A stretch of 64,000 bases of DNA, from the NCBI RefSeq assembly GCF_006345805.1, contig NC_043001.1:103664001-103728000 (forward strand), given 5' to 3'. Source of the DNA: Octopus sinensis (taxonomy: Eukaryota). Positions within the stretch are counted from its first letter, which is position 1. Every line of letters starts with the position of its first letter. Below are positions 26,275 to 37,538 of this stretch, one piece after another. Position numbers and translations under genes: made by a program. The notes below the pieces were generated by a model that saw only the letters and a list, made by a program, of their open reading frames with translations, was not told the DNA's origin and did no database searches.

Positions 26275-27004
26275 AAGGCGGTGAGCTTAGCGGTATTTCG
26301 TCTGTCGTTACGTTCTGAGTTCAAATTCCGCCGAGGTCGATTTTGCCTTTCATCCTTTCGGGGTCGATTAAATAAGTACCAGTTACGCACTGGGGTCGAT
26401 ATAATCGACTTAATCCGTTTGTCTGTCCTTGTTTGTCCTCTCTGTGGGTAGTAAAGAAATAGGTATTTCGTCTGCCGTTACGTTCTGAGTTCAAATTCCA
26501 CCGATGTCGACTTTGCCTTTCATCCTTCCGGGGTCGATAAATTAAGTACCACTTACACACTGGGGTCGATGTAATCGACTTAGTCCCTTTTTCTGTCCTT
26601 GTTTGTCCCCTCTAAGTTTAGCACCTTGTGGGCAATAAAGAAATAAGAAACGTTAGCACGCCGAGCGAAATGCTTAACTATGTTCTAAGTTCAAATTCCG
26701 CCGAGGTCGACTTTGCTTTCATCCCTCCGGGGTCGATAAATTAAGTATCAGGTGCATATTGGTGACGATGTAATCGACTGATCCCCTTTCCCCCTAAATT
26801 GCGGGCCTTGTGCCTAGAGTAGAAAAAATGCTTCACGGTTTTCGTCTGTCTTTACGTTCCGAATTCAAATTCCGCCTAGGTCGACTTTGACTTTTATACT
26901 TGCGGGGTCGATAAATTAAGTACCAGTTGCATACTGGGGTCGATGTAATCGACTGGCCTCCTCCACAAAAATTTCAGGCCTTGTGTCTGGATTAGAAAAG
27001 AATA
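26275..27004 (+). mobile_element. SINE family B array (four to five body units)
   Basis: Repeated gttctgagttcaaattcc..ggggtcgataaattaagtacc units. Confidence 0.9.
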
Positions 27005-27823
27005 TAAGCGTTTGTGGTTGCATATATCTGGCTTAAAGGAGAACCACTTATTCACATCACACATGCTTGTATATTCCGACTATTTCGTTCAGAAAAAAAA
27101 TGCGTATGAAATAACAGGGCAAAATATATGGTTTTCCTTATGGGAGCGGTATTTATTTTTTGTTGACATACTCTAATGTTTAAACGGGGAGAAAAGACCA
27201 AACACAAGTATAGCAATCGGAAACATGAAGCTGTATAATTCTAGAGTTACTTTATTCTCAATGTTCTGGAGAAATTCCATGATAAAGCTACTAAAAGGAG
27301 GTAATGGGAGGGAAGAGCACTGCAATGAGAAATCGGTATTTTGTTCGTGTGGGAGTCTAATGTATTTGAATAGCTATCAGCGTCTGATCGCATTGAAAGT
27401 GACAGAGAAAACGCAGCGTTATAGAGTGGATGTGTGCGTATGAAACGGATTAAATTCATTTCTGCTTGCATTGTTACAGTTTCATCGCTGTGGAGCAGAA
27501 CGATAGAACGTCATCATTAAAAAAGGAAAAACCGGAATTTTGTAGAACATATGCAAATATCAGTAAGCGAAATAAATTGTGTGTGGATCGGGTTGTGTGG
27601 TGAAATCTTCCCTTGCGTTTAGAATTTGAGCGAATATCCAGTAAATTAGAGAAGAGAGCCACTTTATATTAGAGGTTGTAATTAGGGTGGATTTATTAGA
27701 GTGATTATTCTAAGTTCTCGCGGTGGAATTAAAGTTTGCAGAAGACACAAGATTAAAGTCTTAAGAGTACAAATTCAGAATCGAAGAAAATGGGAATATA
27801 AAATACACGAGGAACATAATATG

Positions 27824-27887
<64 letters not shown>

Positions 27888-27889
<2 letters not shown>

Positions 27890-28238
27890 CAATTGAGGAT
27901 AAAATCTTTAAAAGAAATTATCAGTAGTCAGCGTGAAAAACCTCGTAAGAGAAAAAATCCGTAAATTCTTCCTCTTTGAAAATATTCATTTATATTATAT
28001 TGAGGGTACTACTATTCGTAGATACCAACACGCTAAGAGGGACCAATGCGGTCGAAACTACTAAAAATAAACAAAATTTTACCGAATGCAAAACTTCAAA
28101 ACACATCATTTTAAAAAAGAATTCAGTTACATTCTTTTTTAAAATGATGTGTTTTGAAGTTTTGCATTCGGTAAAATTTTGTTTATTTTTAGTAGTTTTG
28201 ACCGCATTGGTCCCTCTTAGCGTGTTGGTATCTACGAA
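27888..28238. mobile_element. Short repeat element ending in a near-perfect 108-bp-arm palindrome
   Basis: 28015-28122 equals the reverse complement of 28131-28238 except for one position; loop tcagttac; family shared with 52-312. Confidence 0.9.
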
Positions 28239-28267
28239 ATATATATATATATATATATCTATATATA

Positions 28268-28319
<52 letters not shown>

Positions 28320-28421
28320 TAATAATGAAATTATTGTATACGTTGCTCAGGTGCACAAGGTACTGCACGAGTGGAAATATATAAGTAAGAAGGTTTGAAA
28401 ATGCAATTTTAAAGATGTTTA

Positions 28422-28469
28422 TTCACTTGACCGGTTTCAGTCTTTTAGAAAATGATTGTCAAAAGTAAA
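28422..28469 (-). ncRNA. Type I hammerhead-like motif with U3-A8 core
   Basis: UUUACUU-UUGACAA-UCAUUUUCUAAAAGACU-GAAAC-CG-GUC/AAGUGAA; 7-bp helix I, palindromic ACCGGU helix III, imperfect helix II. Confidence 0.55.
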
Positions 28470-28792
28470 ATGTAAAGCTTTGTATAAGCTTTGTTGTGTT
28501 AAGTACTGGTTGTCACAAAAGTATTAAAATACATATATACATTCTTTAGTAATAATAAGAAAATGTTAAAAACAGTTTAAAAGAAAGTATTTAAGAAAGT
28601 AATCAAAACGGGACTTCAAATACTTTTATGTATTGTATGTATGTTTGTGTGTGTGTATATATATAAGTGTGTGTATGTATGTATGTATGTATGTATATGT
28701 ACGTATATATATATATATATATATATGTAGGTCCCGGGTTGATTCGGGGTTAACCACAGTAAATAAGGTACTCAATATAATAATATATATAT

Positions 28793-28843
<51 letters not shown>

Positions 28844-28873
28844 ATAAATATATATATATTATATATATATATC

Positions 28874-28926
<53 letters not shown>

Positions 28927-29066
28927 AGAGATAATGGTGTCATTGAGACCCAAAGGTGTCAGGTAGTGCTGAATATGTGCTATAGTCAGAACATAGTTAA
29001 GTTCCAGATTCGTAATATTGCGAATAAAGGTTTCAATGTTGGTTCAATGTCAGCGTGTGCATATAA

Positions 29067-29262
29067 GAATTTTTTGCGTCATAAGATAAAAAAACCAAGG
29101 CCGTATATATATTAGAGCATTTATAGATAGAAGGTCTTACAGCTGTTTCTAAGATATTAATTAATAATATCCCTTCGTCGGAAACAGCTGTAAGACCTTC
29201 TATCTATAAATGCTCTAATATATATATGGCCCGGGTTTTTTTTATCTTATTACGCAAAAGAT

Positions 29263-29264
<2 letters not shown>
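29067..29264. repeat. Foldback element with a hammerhead at its centre
   Basis: 29104-29149 is the exact reverse complement of 29181-29226; arms extend imperfectly to 29067 and 29264. Confidence 0.9.
29134..29185 (-). ncRNA. Type I hammerhead-like motif, U4C core
   Basis: GUUU-CCGACGA-AGGGAUAUUAUUAAUUAAUAUCUUA-GAAAC-AGCU-GUA/AGAC. Confidence 0.55.
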
Positions 29265-29324
<60 letters not shown>

Positions 29325-29386
29325 CTGTGTGTATGTACGTGCATATTTATTTATATATGTATGTACGTATATATATATGCACACAC

Positions 29387-29429
<43 letters not shown>

Positions 29430-30014
29430 TTGTATAAGTGTGTGCGGGTGTGTACATATATGAATACACACACATACGCACATATATATATGTGTATACG
29501 CGCGCACACACACACGCACGCAAACGCATAAAATATATTTTAATGTTTATCAACATGACTCTCTAACATTATTTTAATCGATATTTTTGTCTGCAGTTTA
29601 CAGAACGAGCATATGGCGGTGGAGTGTGGAATCATACAAAACAAAAAATAACAAAATTTACCAATCCTACAGACATCTCTAATTTATTTGAAACAAAAAG
29701 ACACCAAAAAAAAAAAACCCAATATGATTATCCCATTTTTATTTCGAAACCCTTAACCTGAGATCTCATAGTTAATATTTAATCAAATAAACCCGGGTCC
29801 ATCAACTCATCTCAGAGTATTTGGAATGCATCCAATCACACTCCACAGCCTTGGGTTAATCGTGGCCACCCCAAACGAAACATGGTATCACTACTGGCTA
29901 GAAACTGGCCTTTTATACTGCCATTGCTTTGTCTTTGACTGGTTCCAGCCCATGCTGGTGCATCACCTGTAGAAGTGATGCACTCTGTGGAAGTCGTGTC
30001 AGAATTATTCAAGG

Positions 30015-30404
30015 ACTAGCAGTATCGCCCGGCGTTGCTCAGGTTTGTAAGGGAAATAACTATAAAGCATTTTTAGAGAGTTATAGCCAAAAAATAGCCA
30101 AAAAATGGAAAAAAAATGATGGTAAATTTTTTTTTTGAGAGTAATAAAAGGTTGAGTTGCGTCCCCTAGACAGTCTGTGGTTTGTTTTTTTTTATTCTCG
30201 ACCCCATGTCGAATTTATCGATTTTTTTCAGAACTGGGGGAACTTTTCAAAATTTTCGCTGCGTTAGTTTTGAATTATGACATTGGGCTATGTGTGTGTC
30301 AAGTCTCATCAGAATCGGTTGAAAGCCGTGGTCAGGGTGAGGGTACGAGAAAACAGACACACAGAAACACGCACAGACAAACTGCCGTTTATATAGAGAG
30401 AGAT
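30015..30404 (+). mobile_element. Helentron-associated non-autonomous element (HINE/DINE-1-like)
   Basis: 5' actagcagtatcgcccggcgttgctc; 3' caagtctcatcagaatcggttgaaagccg..acagacacacaga..tttatatagagagagat, the usual DINE/MINE-type termini. Confidence 0.75.
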
Positions 30405-30659
30405 TCCTTACATGTTTAAGATTGTAGTTTGAAAGAGACCGGGAGTTGTTATTTCTAGAATGTTACACGTCCAAAGGCGAACCTCCTCATTGGTTTGAAA
30501 TATATTTGTGTGTGTGTGGGGGGGGGGGAGGGGTTGTGTGTATGTATGTGCATGTGTGTGTGTGCATGTGTGTGAATGTGTATGTGAGTATGTGTGTTTG
30601 TATGCGAGTGTGTTTATGTGAGTGAGTGAGTGTGTGTGGGATTGTGTGTGATGTTGTGT

Positions 30660-30698
<39 letters not shown>

Positions 30699-30935
30699 AC
30701 ATGTGTGTATGTGTTTGTATTTGTGTGTGTGAGGGTGATTGTGTGTGAACGGCTATGCGTATGCGTCTGCGTATGCGTTGGATTTAATTATGGAGCAGCC
30801 CAGGAGAATCATCTTCGGTTACAGGTTGCTTATTCTACGACATTTCCCTTCTCTTGATCATCCCACCCCGCTTTCGTTTTCAGAACGAGTAATTGAACCA
30901 TCGTACTAAGTATTGATATAAAAATATACACATTT

Positions 30936-31093
30936 AGGCGCAAGAGTGACTGTGTGGTAAGAAGCTTACTTTTCAACCACATAGTTCTGGGTTCAGTCCC
31001 ACTGCGTGGCACCTTGGACAAGTGTTTTCTTTTATAGCTTCGGACAGACCAAAGCCTCGTGAGTGGATTTGGTAGACGGAAACTGAAAGAAGC
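30936..31093 (+). mobile_element. SINE family A, 5' half
   Basis: Head and CORE-like motifs. Confidence 0.88.
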
Positions 31094-31246
31094 ACATTCT
31101 CGTTTTCTTAATTTATTTATTTATTTCTTATCTTCCTCTTTTTCTTTTTTCTTCTTCTCCTCATCCCCCCTCTCTCTCTCTATCATTCTATATTTGTTTG
31201 TCTCTCTATCCCCCCTCTCTATCTGCCTGCCTGGCTCTTTATCCAC

Positions 31247-31283
<37 letters not shown>

Positions 31284-32577
31284 CTTTCATATTCCTTTCA
31301 ACACTGGTGTTTGCCTCTTATTCTCACTGTATTTCCTCTTCTTTTGTCCTCTCATTCACATCACTTCTTTGCTTCCGTCTCCCTACTCTCCCTCTCCCCT
31401 CTCTCTTTCTCTCTTCCTCGTATTCATGTAGATATTTGACAAACAGATTATAAGCTGATATTATCCGGAATCAACCGAGCTAATCCTTTTCCCAGTTGTA
31501 AGCAGACAATGACTTTCGAAAGAAGAAACGCTAATTGCTTCGAATCGTATCACGTTTGCTTAATGACGTTATCAACCTCCATTCTCTTCACGAAGATGCC
31601 GTGTAAAGTCAGAATCGAAGGTAAAGTATCTTATTAAAATCATTTTTAAAGTATTCATTTCTTTTGTATTACCAGCAAAATAATATTTAACTAGTCATCA
31701 ATCTTTAAACTAGAAAGACAGCTTTCTAAAGAGGAAACTGGGATTGTTTAGTTCCTTGTCAGTCTTTGGTGTTGACGTTACCAATCGTCGTTTTCTTTCC
31801 GAAGAAGCCATCTAATATTTAAACAGTATGCAACAGTACCTTACTAAATTCATTGAAAAACATTGAGAAATCTAATCAAATTATCAATATTAAATACTTT
31901 AAGATACTTGTAACTGCATATTGAGAGCTGTGTCACTATTTCTCAATGTTTTCACACGTTACTGAACGCTTCGAGAAGCAATAGAGAACATACGCAATAT
32001 TTGGATGTATTTTCTTCCATTCATTCTTTACAGTTCACTGCAGGAATATCAAATATACATTAATAGGGATCGAACGTTCAGTGGTAAAATTGAATAGGCT
32101 GCCATCAATGATTTGTACAATGTAGCAGACGAGAATTATCGCAAAAATTGATGATAAAATTATTCTTCCTCAGTTCACCATTTGCAGTCGAGCGCTTACG
32201 GAAAGGAAAGTAATTGTTTCTCTAGTGAGGTCAAACAAACAACAAGCCAGATGATGCTCTCTTTTCTAGAAACAATCACGAGCAGAAGAGAAATGTTGAT
32301 GCGAATGAAACACCACAAGACAGCAAAAAAAAATCGAAAAGATTCGAAAAGAATGAGAATTCCAAAAAATATAAACGCATAATGATAAGAAAATATTAGA
32401 TGAAAGCGAAAGGGATATAAAAATATAAAAAATATAATTGCAAATGAGAAGGAAAATGAGAGAAGGACAAGAGAAGAAGATGGTAAAAACATAGAAATAA
32501 AACTGAAGAGAAGGAAGGAAAAAGCGTACAGAGAGAAAAAGCAAGCAGAAGAGGTTAGGAAATAAGATTGCAGAAAA

Positions 32578-32612
<35 letters not shown>

Positions 32613-33213
32613 GAATAAATGGAGTAAAGTAAAAAAAAAAATGGAGTAAAGGAGAGTTTTGCAGAGACAATCTGTAGGAACGGAACGAATGATAGCAATA
32701 ATAGGGTTTGGCGCCTAATTATGATCCAAATAATAATTGTACATCAGAAAAAATTGCATCTCTGTGTTCTGTATACAAAATATGTGACTACTGTGGTGCT
32801 AGAACGCGAGACAAGGTGTTGACAGAATGGAGTGCAAAGATGCTGAACGGAGTTTCAACTCCATTCTGTCAACATCTCAAATGCAAAATTCTTCCTTAAA
32901 GACAGAGGCTGGTGTTATCCGATGATGGAATCAATTTACAATCATTATTTTGGACCACCAAGCCCCCAGAAACAATTGTTGGACTCGGAAAACCCTTACT
33001 CAACCCCTTTAATTCCTGATATCATTTATATTCCATGCAAGTCCGACATTTTTTATGTATACATATGTACATTTTTTGTATATCGATTTACCTTACTTGC
33101 ATATCCTTACATTTACTCCCCTACCTGCTCAAGTTCAAATCTCCTGAGCATTACGAAGTATATTCTATACAAAGAATAGCTGTCTCCAATCTCTCTCTCT
33201 CTCTCGCTCTCTT

Positions 33214-33315
<102 letters not shown>

Positions 33316-33340
33316 ATATGTTACAATTACTCAATAGTCA

Positions 33341-33403
33341 AGATAAAACTTTGAGTTTCAGATGCCGAAGTGGAAATCCACAACACCATCTCTTCGGTTA
33401 TCT
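33341..33403 (-). ncRNA. Type I hammerhead-like motif, U4C core
   Basis: AGAUAA-CCGAAGA-GAUG(GUGUUGUGGAUUUCCACUUCGG)CAUC-U-GAAAC-UCAAA-GUU/UUAUCU; perfect 6-bp helix I. Flanked by a 25-bp inverted repeat (33311-33335 / 33535-33559). Confidence 0.62.
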
Positions 33404-33629
33404 GGCCATCTGAAAAAAACGCTATGAAAAAATACCGTTATATAAAGGGAAATTACTGTGTTATAATTATATAAAATAAAATAAGATTAAAATTTCATAG
33501 TAAACACGTAAAACATGGCTAGTCATACGCTTACATTGAGTAATTGTAACATATTATTTTATAGATAAATTTCCTCTATTTACATAATATTGAGGTCTCT
33601 TTCTTTCTTTTGTTATCTTACCGTTTTTA

Positions 33630-33701
<72 letters not shown>

Positions 33702-33783
33702 GATTATAGCTAAAACTCATTTGTTCATAAATCTACCTGGCCAATGCAAATAACTAAAGAAAGAAAACAACAAAAAACAACAG

Positions 33784-33831
<48 letters not shown>

Positions 33832-34321
33832 TACTCTAAAAATACCCACAAAAACAACAAAACCAGCGAATAACTTCACAAAACCATGACACACTAACAA
33901 CACATTGTTGTTATTGATTTTCACGTCGACACTTTCTTTCAAACATAATTACTGATATAAAACAGAAACCTAATTAAATACATAAATAAAATTGTAAAAC
34001 ATTTCTGCTGTTGTTACAAGAGTTTTCAATATTGTTATCGTTTCTTAATTCTACTTTCTGCTGTCATTGTTCTCTGCTTGTCATCCCCATTAACCTTCAT
34101 TTTCTTATAATAAAATAATTTGAATGGTCTGAACTTCTCAGCTTCAATTTTTCAGACAAATTTTTTCTTATTTTTTTTTTTTTTTTTTTTTCTGCAAAAA
34201 AACAAGAACCGAATCTTTTGTTTTAAAATCAACATTTTTGCTTATATTGCCACAAATCACCAGCTTATATTTTTTATACGTGTATGTATGCGTATATGTG
34301 TACACATACATACACATATTC

Positions 34322-34790
34322 TTTTCTGCTCGTGTCACAAGGCCCGAAATGTTTGGGGAGGGATCCAGTCGATTTGATCGACTCCAGTGCGCAACCGGTA
34401 CTTAATTTATAGGCTCCGAAATGATGAAAGGCAAAATCAACCTCGACGGAATTTGAACTCATAACGTAAAGACAGAGGAAATACCTATTTCTTTACTACC
34501 CACAATGGACTAAACACAGAGGGGACAAACAAGGACAGACAAACGGATTAAGTCGATTATATCGACCCCAGTGCATAACTGGTACTTATTTAATCGACCC
34601 CGAAGGGATGAAAGGCTAAGTCGACCTTGAGGGAATTTGAACTTACAACGTAATGGCAGACGAAATACCTATATCTTTACTACCCGCAAGGGGCTAAATA
34701 CAGAGGGGACAAACAAGGACAGACAAACGGATTAAGTCGATTATATCGATCCCAGTGCGTAACTGGTACTTATTTTATCGACCCCGAAAG
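34322..34790 (-). mobile_element. SINE family B array, head missing
   Basis: About 2.5 tandem body units on the reverse strand. Confidence 0.88.
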
Positions 34791-36343
34791 TAGTACTAGT
34801 AGTAGTTGAAGCCGGGTTCAGAATAATCTCGAGTGGGGGCGGTGTTTGAAATCGCTTTCATATCACCTGGAGGTAACACGAAACGGAAGTACCTCGAAGT
34901 CTTTACATCGATGTGGTTTTCACTTATCATTTACTGATGCACAGCAAATTTTCATCTCTGTACAACAACTAGCAAGCAAAGCACTTAATATTTATAAAGT
35001 GCTGTTGTTGCTCAGCAAACAATACCTGAGCCAGCTCTAACGAGATATGAACGACATCTGCACGGTTACGACGTTTTGTTAGTAAGAGCTTTGATCATGC
35101 GACTGTTAGCTTGTCGTTTTATCTAAGCGTCGATCAGCGATTCACCACATCCTGTAATTCTGCTGACATGAGTTATTTATAAATGCGTTTATAATAACAC
35201 TGATAGCATCTTCAGACCGAATCTCAAAATTCCAAGTTGGTTGGTAGATGTAATTATAAAATAAAGAGGTTTCATAAAGAAATATTGATATAATAATGAA
35301 GTGCTATTATTTCAAACATTTACGTGCGAGATGTGATGGAGGAGATAGAAATCTTGAGATATAATGTATCAAAAGCGAAGCCAAAATAAAGGATAAAGAA
35401 TAAAAAGAAAGAAGCTTCAACTAAAAATGTCCAACCGAGCTACAACGGAATATTTCTCTTGAGAATTCATCAAATTGGAAACCATAAATTACATTTGTTC
35501 CAACATGAATACAACCTGATAAAATAATTTCTTAAAAGATGTAAAGATGTTCACCTCGAGCTAAATGTGTAGGTTTAACAAGCACGTCGGCTTCTGAATA
35601 CAACCGCTTCAATCAGCGCTGGGTTTTGTTTTCATGATACGTTCGCTGTCTATAACATATTCTAAAGATTATTTAGAAATATAAACATAATTAAGAACAT
35701 GAATACCAGAATATTCGAAAAAGAAGAGGTGAACATTTACTTGGAATATTGATGGAGAATAGTAGAAATCATAGGCTTCTTTTCACATTCTCCTACCTAA
35801 GATCATAAACGTGTCCAGTAATAAAAAATAGCATAACGTCCATATAATCATATTGGAACTGGTCACACGTCTGTGTTTAAGATGAGTTCGTCCATTTGAT
35901 TGAATCAATACATAACTGGTATTTATCTATCAATAAATAAAGATTAAAAGACGAAGTGAACTCCAGTTGGTTTTGAACGTGAAGATATTTCGTCCGACGT
36001 GGTAACACGCGAGCTCCTCCGGTACATACAACTGTCTACGGACGAACCACAAGGTTAATTACTGAACGAAAAGCTATTGTTAATTGACGGAGTAGAAGCG
36101 ATTAAAATCGAAATCAAGCGCGACAGGATTTTAATGGAAAATGTGACGGGAAAACACGAGATATTTCTATGGATTTAGTCAAGAGATATAATGCTTTCAC
36201 CAGGTCACTTACCTCTCATTTATAAATGTCGTTCTTGGATATACTCTATAAAAGTTGACGACCAGAACCCGAGACAGTATATCTTCCGATTCAGACAGAC
36301 GGCAGAAGTGTTTTTCTTATCAATATGTATAAATCTATTGCGT

Positions 36344-36634
36344 GAAGGCACGATCATAAAGTCGTGAGCTCAATTCCCGGCGACGCGTTGTGTCCTTGAG
36401 CGAGACACTTTATTTCACATTGCTCCAGTCCACTCAGCTGGCAAAAATGAGAAGTACCTGTATTTCAAAGGGCCAGCCTTGTCACACTTTGTGTCACGCT
36501 GAATCTCCCCGAGAACTACGTTAAGAGTACATGTATCAGTGGAGTGCTCAGTCACATGCACGTTAATTTCACGAGTAAGCTGTTCTGTTGATCGTATCAG
36601 CTGGGACCATCGTCGTCGTGACCGACGGAGTGCT
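36344..36634 (+). mobile_element. SINE family C with full tail
   Basis: gtgtccttgagcgagacacttta..atttcaaagggccagccttgtcac..gtcgtgaccgacggagtgc. Confidence 0.88.
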
Positions 36635-36952
36635 CCTTTAATTTATTATATACAGAAATGATGTGATTTCAAAAATATACAAAACTAATAAGGTGGTGAG
36701 GTGGCATATTTCAAAGGGCCAGCCTTGTCACACTTTGTGTCACGCTGAATCTCCCCGAGAACTACGTTAAGAGTACATGTATCAGTGGAGTGCTCAGTCA
36801 CATGCACGTTAATTTCACGAGTAAGCTGTTCTGTTGATCGTATCAGCTGGGACCATCGTCGTCGTGACCGACGGAGTGCTCCTTTAATTTATTATATACA
36901 GAAATGATGTGATTTCAAAAATATACAAAACTAATAAGGTGGTGAGGTGGCA
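36461..36952 (+). repeat. Exact 246-bp tandem duplication
   Basis: 36461-36706 equals 36707-36952 by manual comparison. Confidence 0.92.
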
Positions 36953-37168
36953 GAAACGTTAGCACGCCGGGCGAAATGCTTAGCGGTATTTCGTCTGCCG
37001 CTACGTTCTGAGTTCAAATTCCGCCGAGGTCAACTTTGCCTTTCATCCTTTCGGGGTCGATAAATTAAGTACCAGTTACGCACTGGGGTCGATGTAATCG
37101 ACATAATCCCTTTGTCTATCCTTGTTTGTCTCGTCTATGTTTAGCCCCTTGTGGGTAGTAAAGAAATA
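36936..37168 (+). mobile_element. SINE family B
   Basis: Consensus motifs. Confidence 0.9.
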
Positions 37169-37344
37169 TATACAAAACTGAAGTGGTCAAAACTGATTAT
37201 ATATCCCTCAATGCCCAAGGGGGCCTATTGCTCTAAACTCTTTGCTAAATAATTCACATGGCAAAGATCTTTCGGGGACATAATTTGTGACTTCATCTTC
37301 ATGTTAGAAGGTCAATACCGAGTATAGAAAGATTTATCTTTCTT

Positions 37345-37538
37345 TAAGCAACTAAGAGGACAAAAAGGACAGAAAGACGGATTAAGTCGATTATATCGAC
37401 TCCAGTGCGTAACTGGTACTTAATTTATCGACTCCGAAAGGATGAAAGGCAAAAATCGACCTCGGCGGAATTTAAACTCACAACGTACAGCTACACATTT
37501 CGCCCGGCGTGCTAACGATTCTGCCTGCTCGCCGCCTT
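37345..37538 (-). mobile_element. SINE family B
   Basis: Consensus motifs on the reverse strand. Confidence 0.85.

Noticed and set aside
36214-36330. Minus-strand exon candidate ending GAG|GTAAGT
   Set aside because: Only the donor is strong, the peptide is unrecognisable and there is no partner exon.
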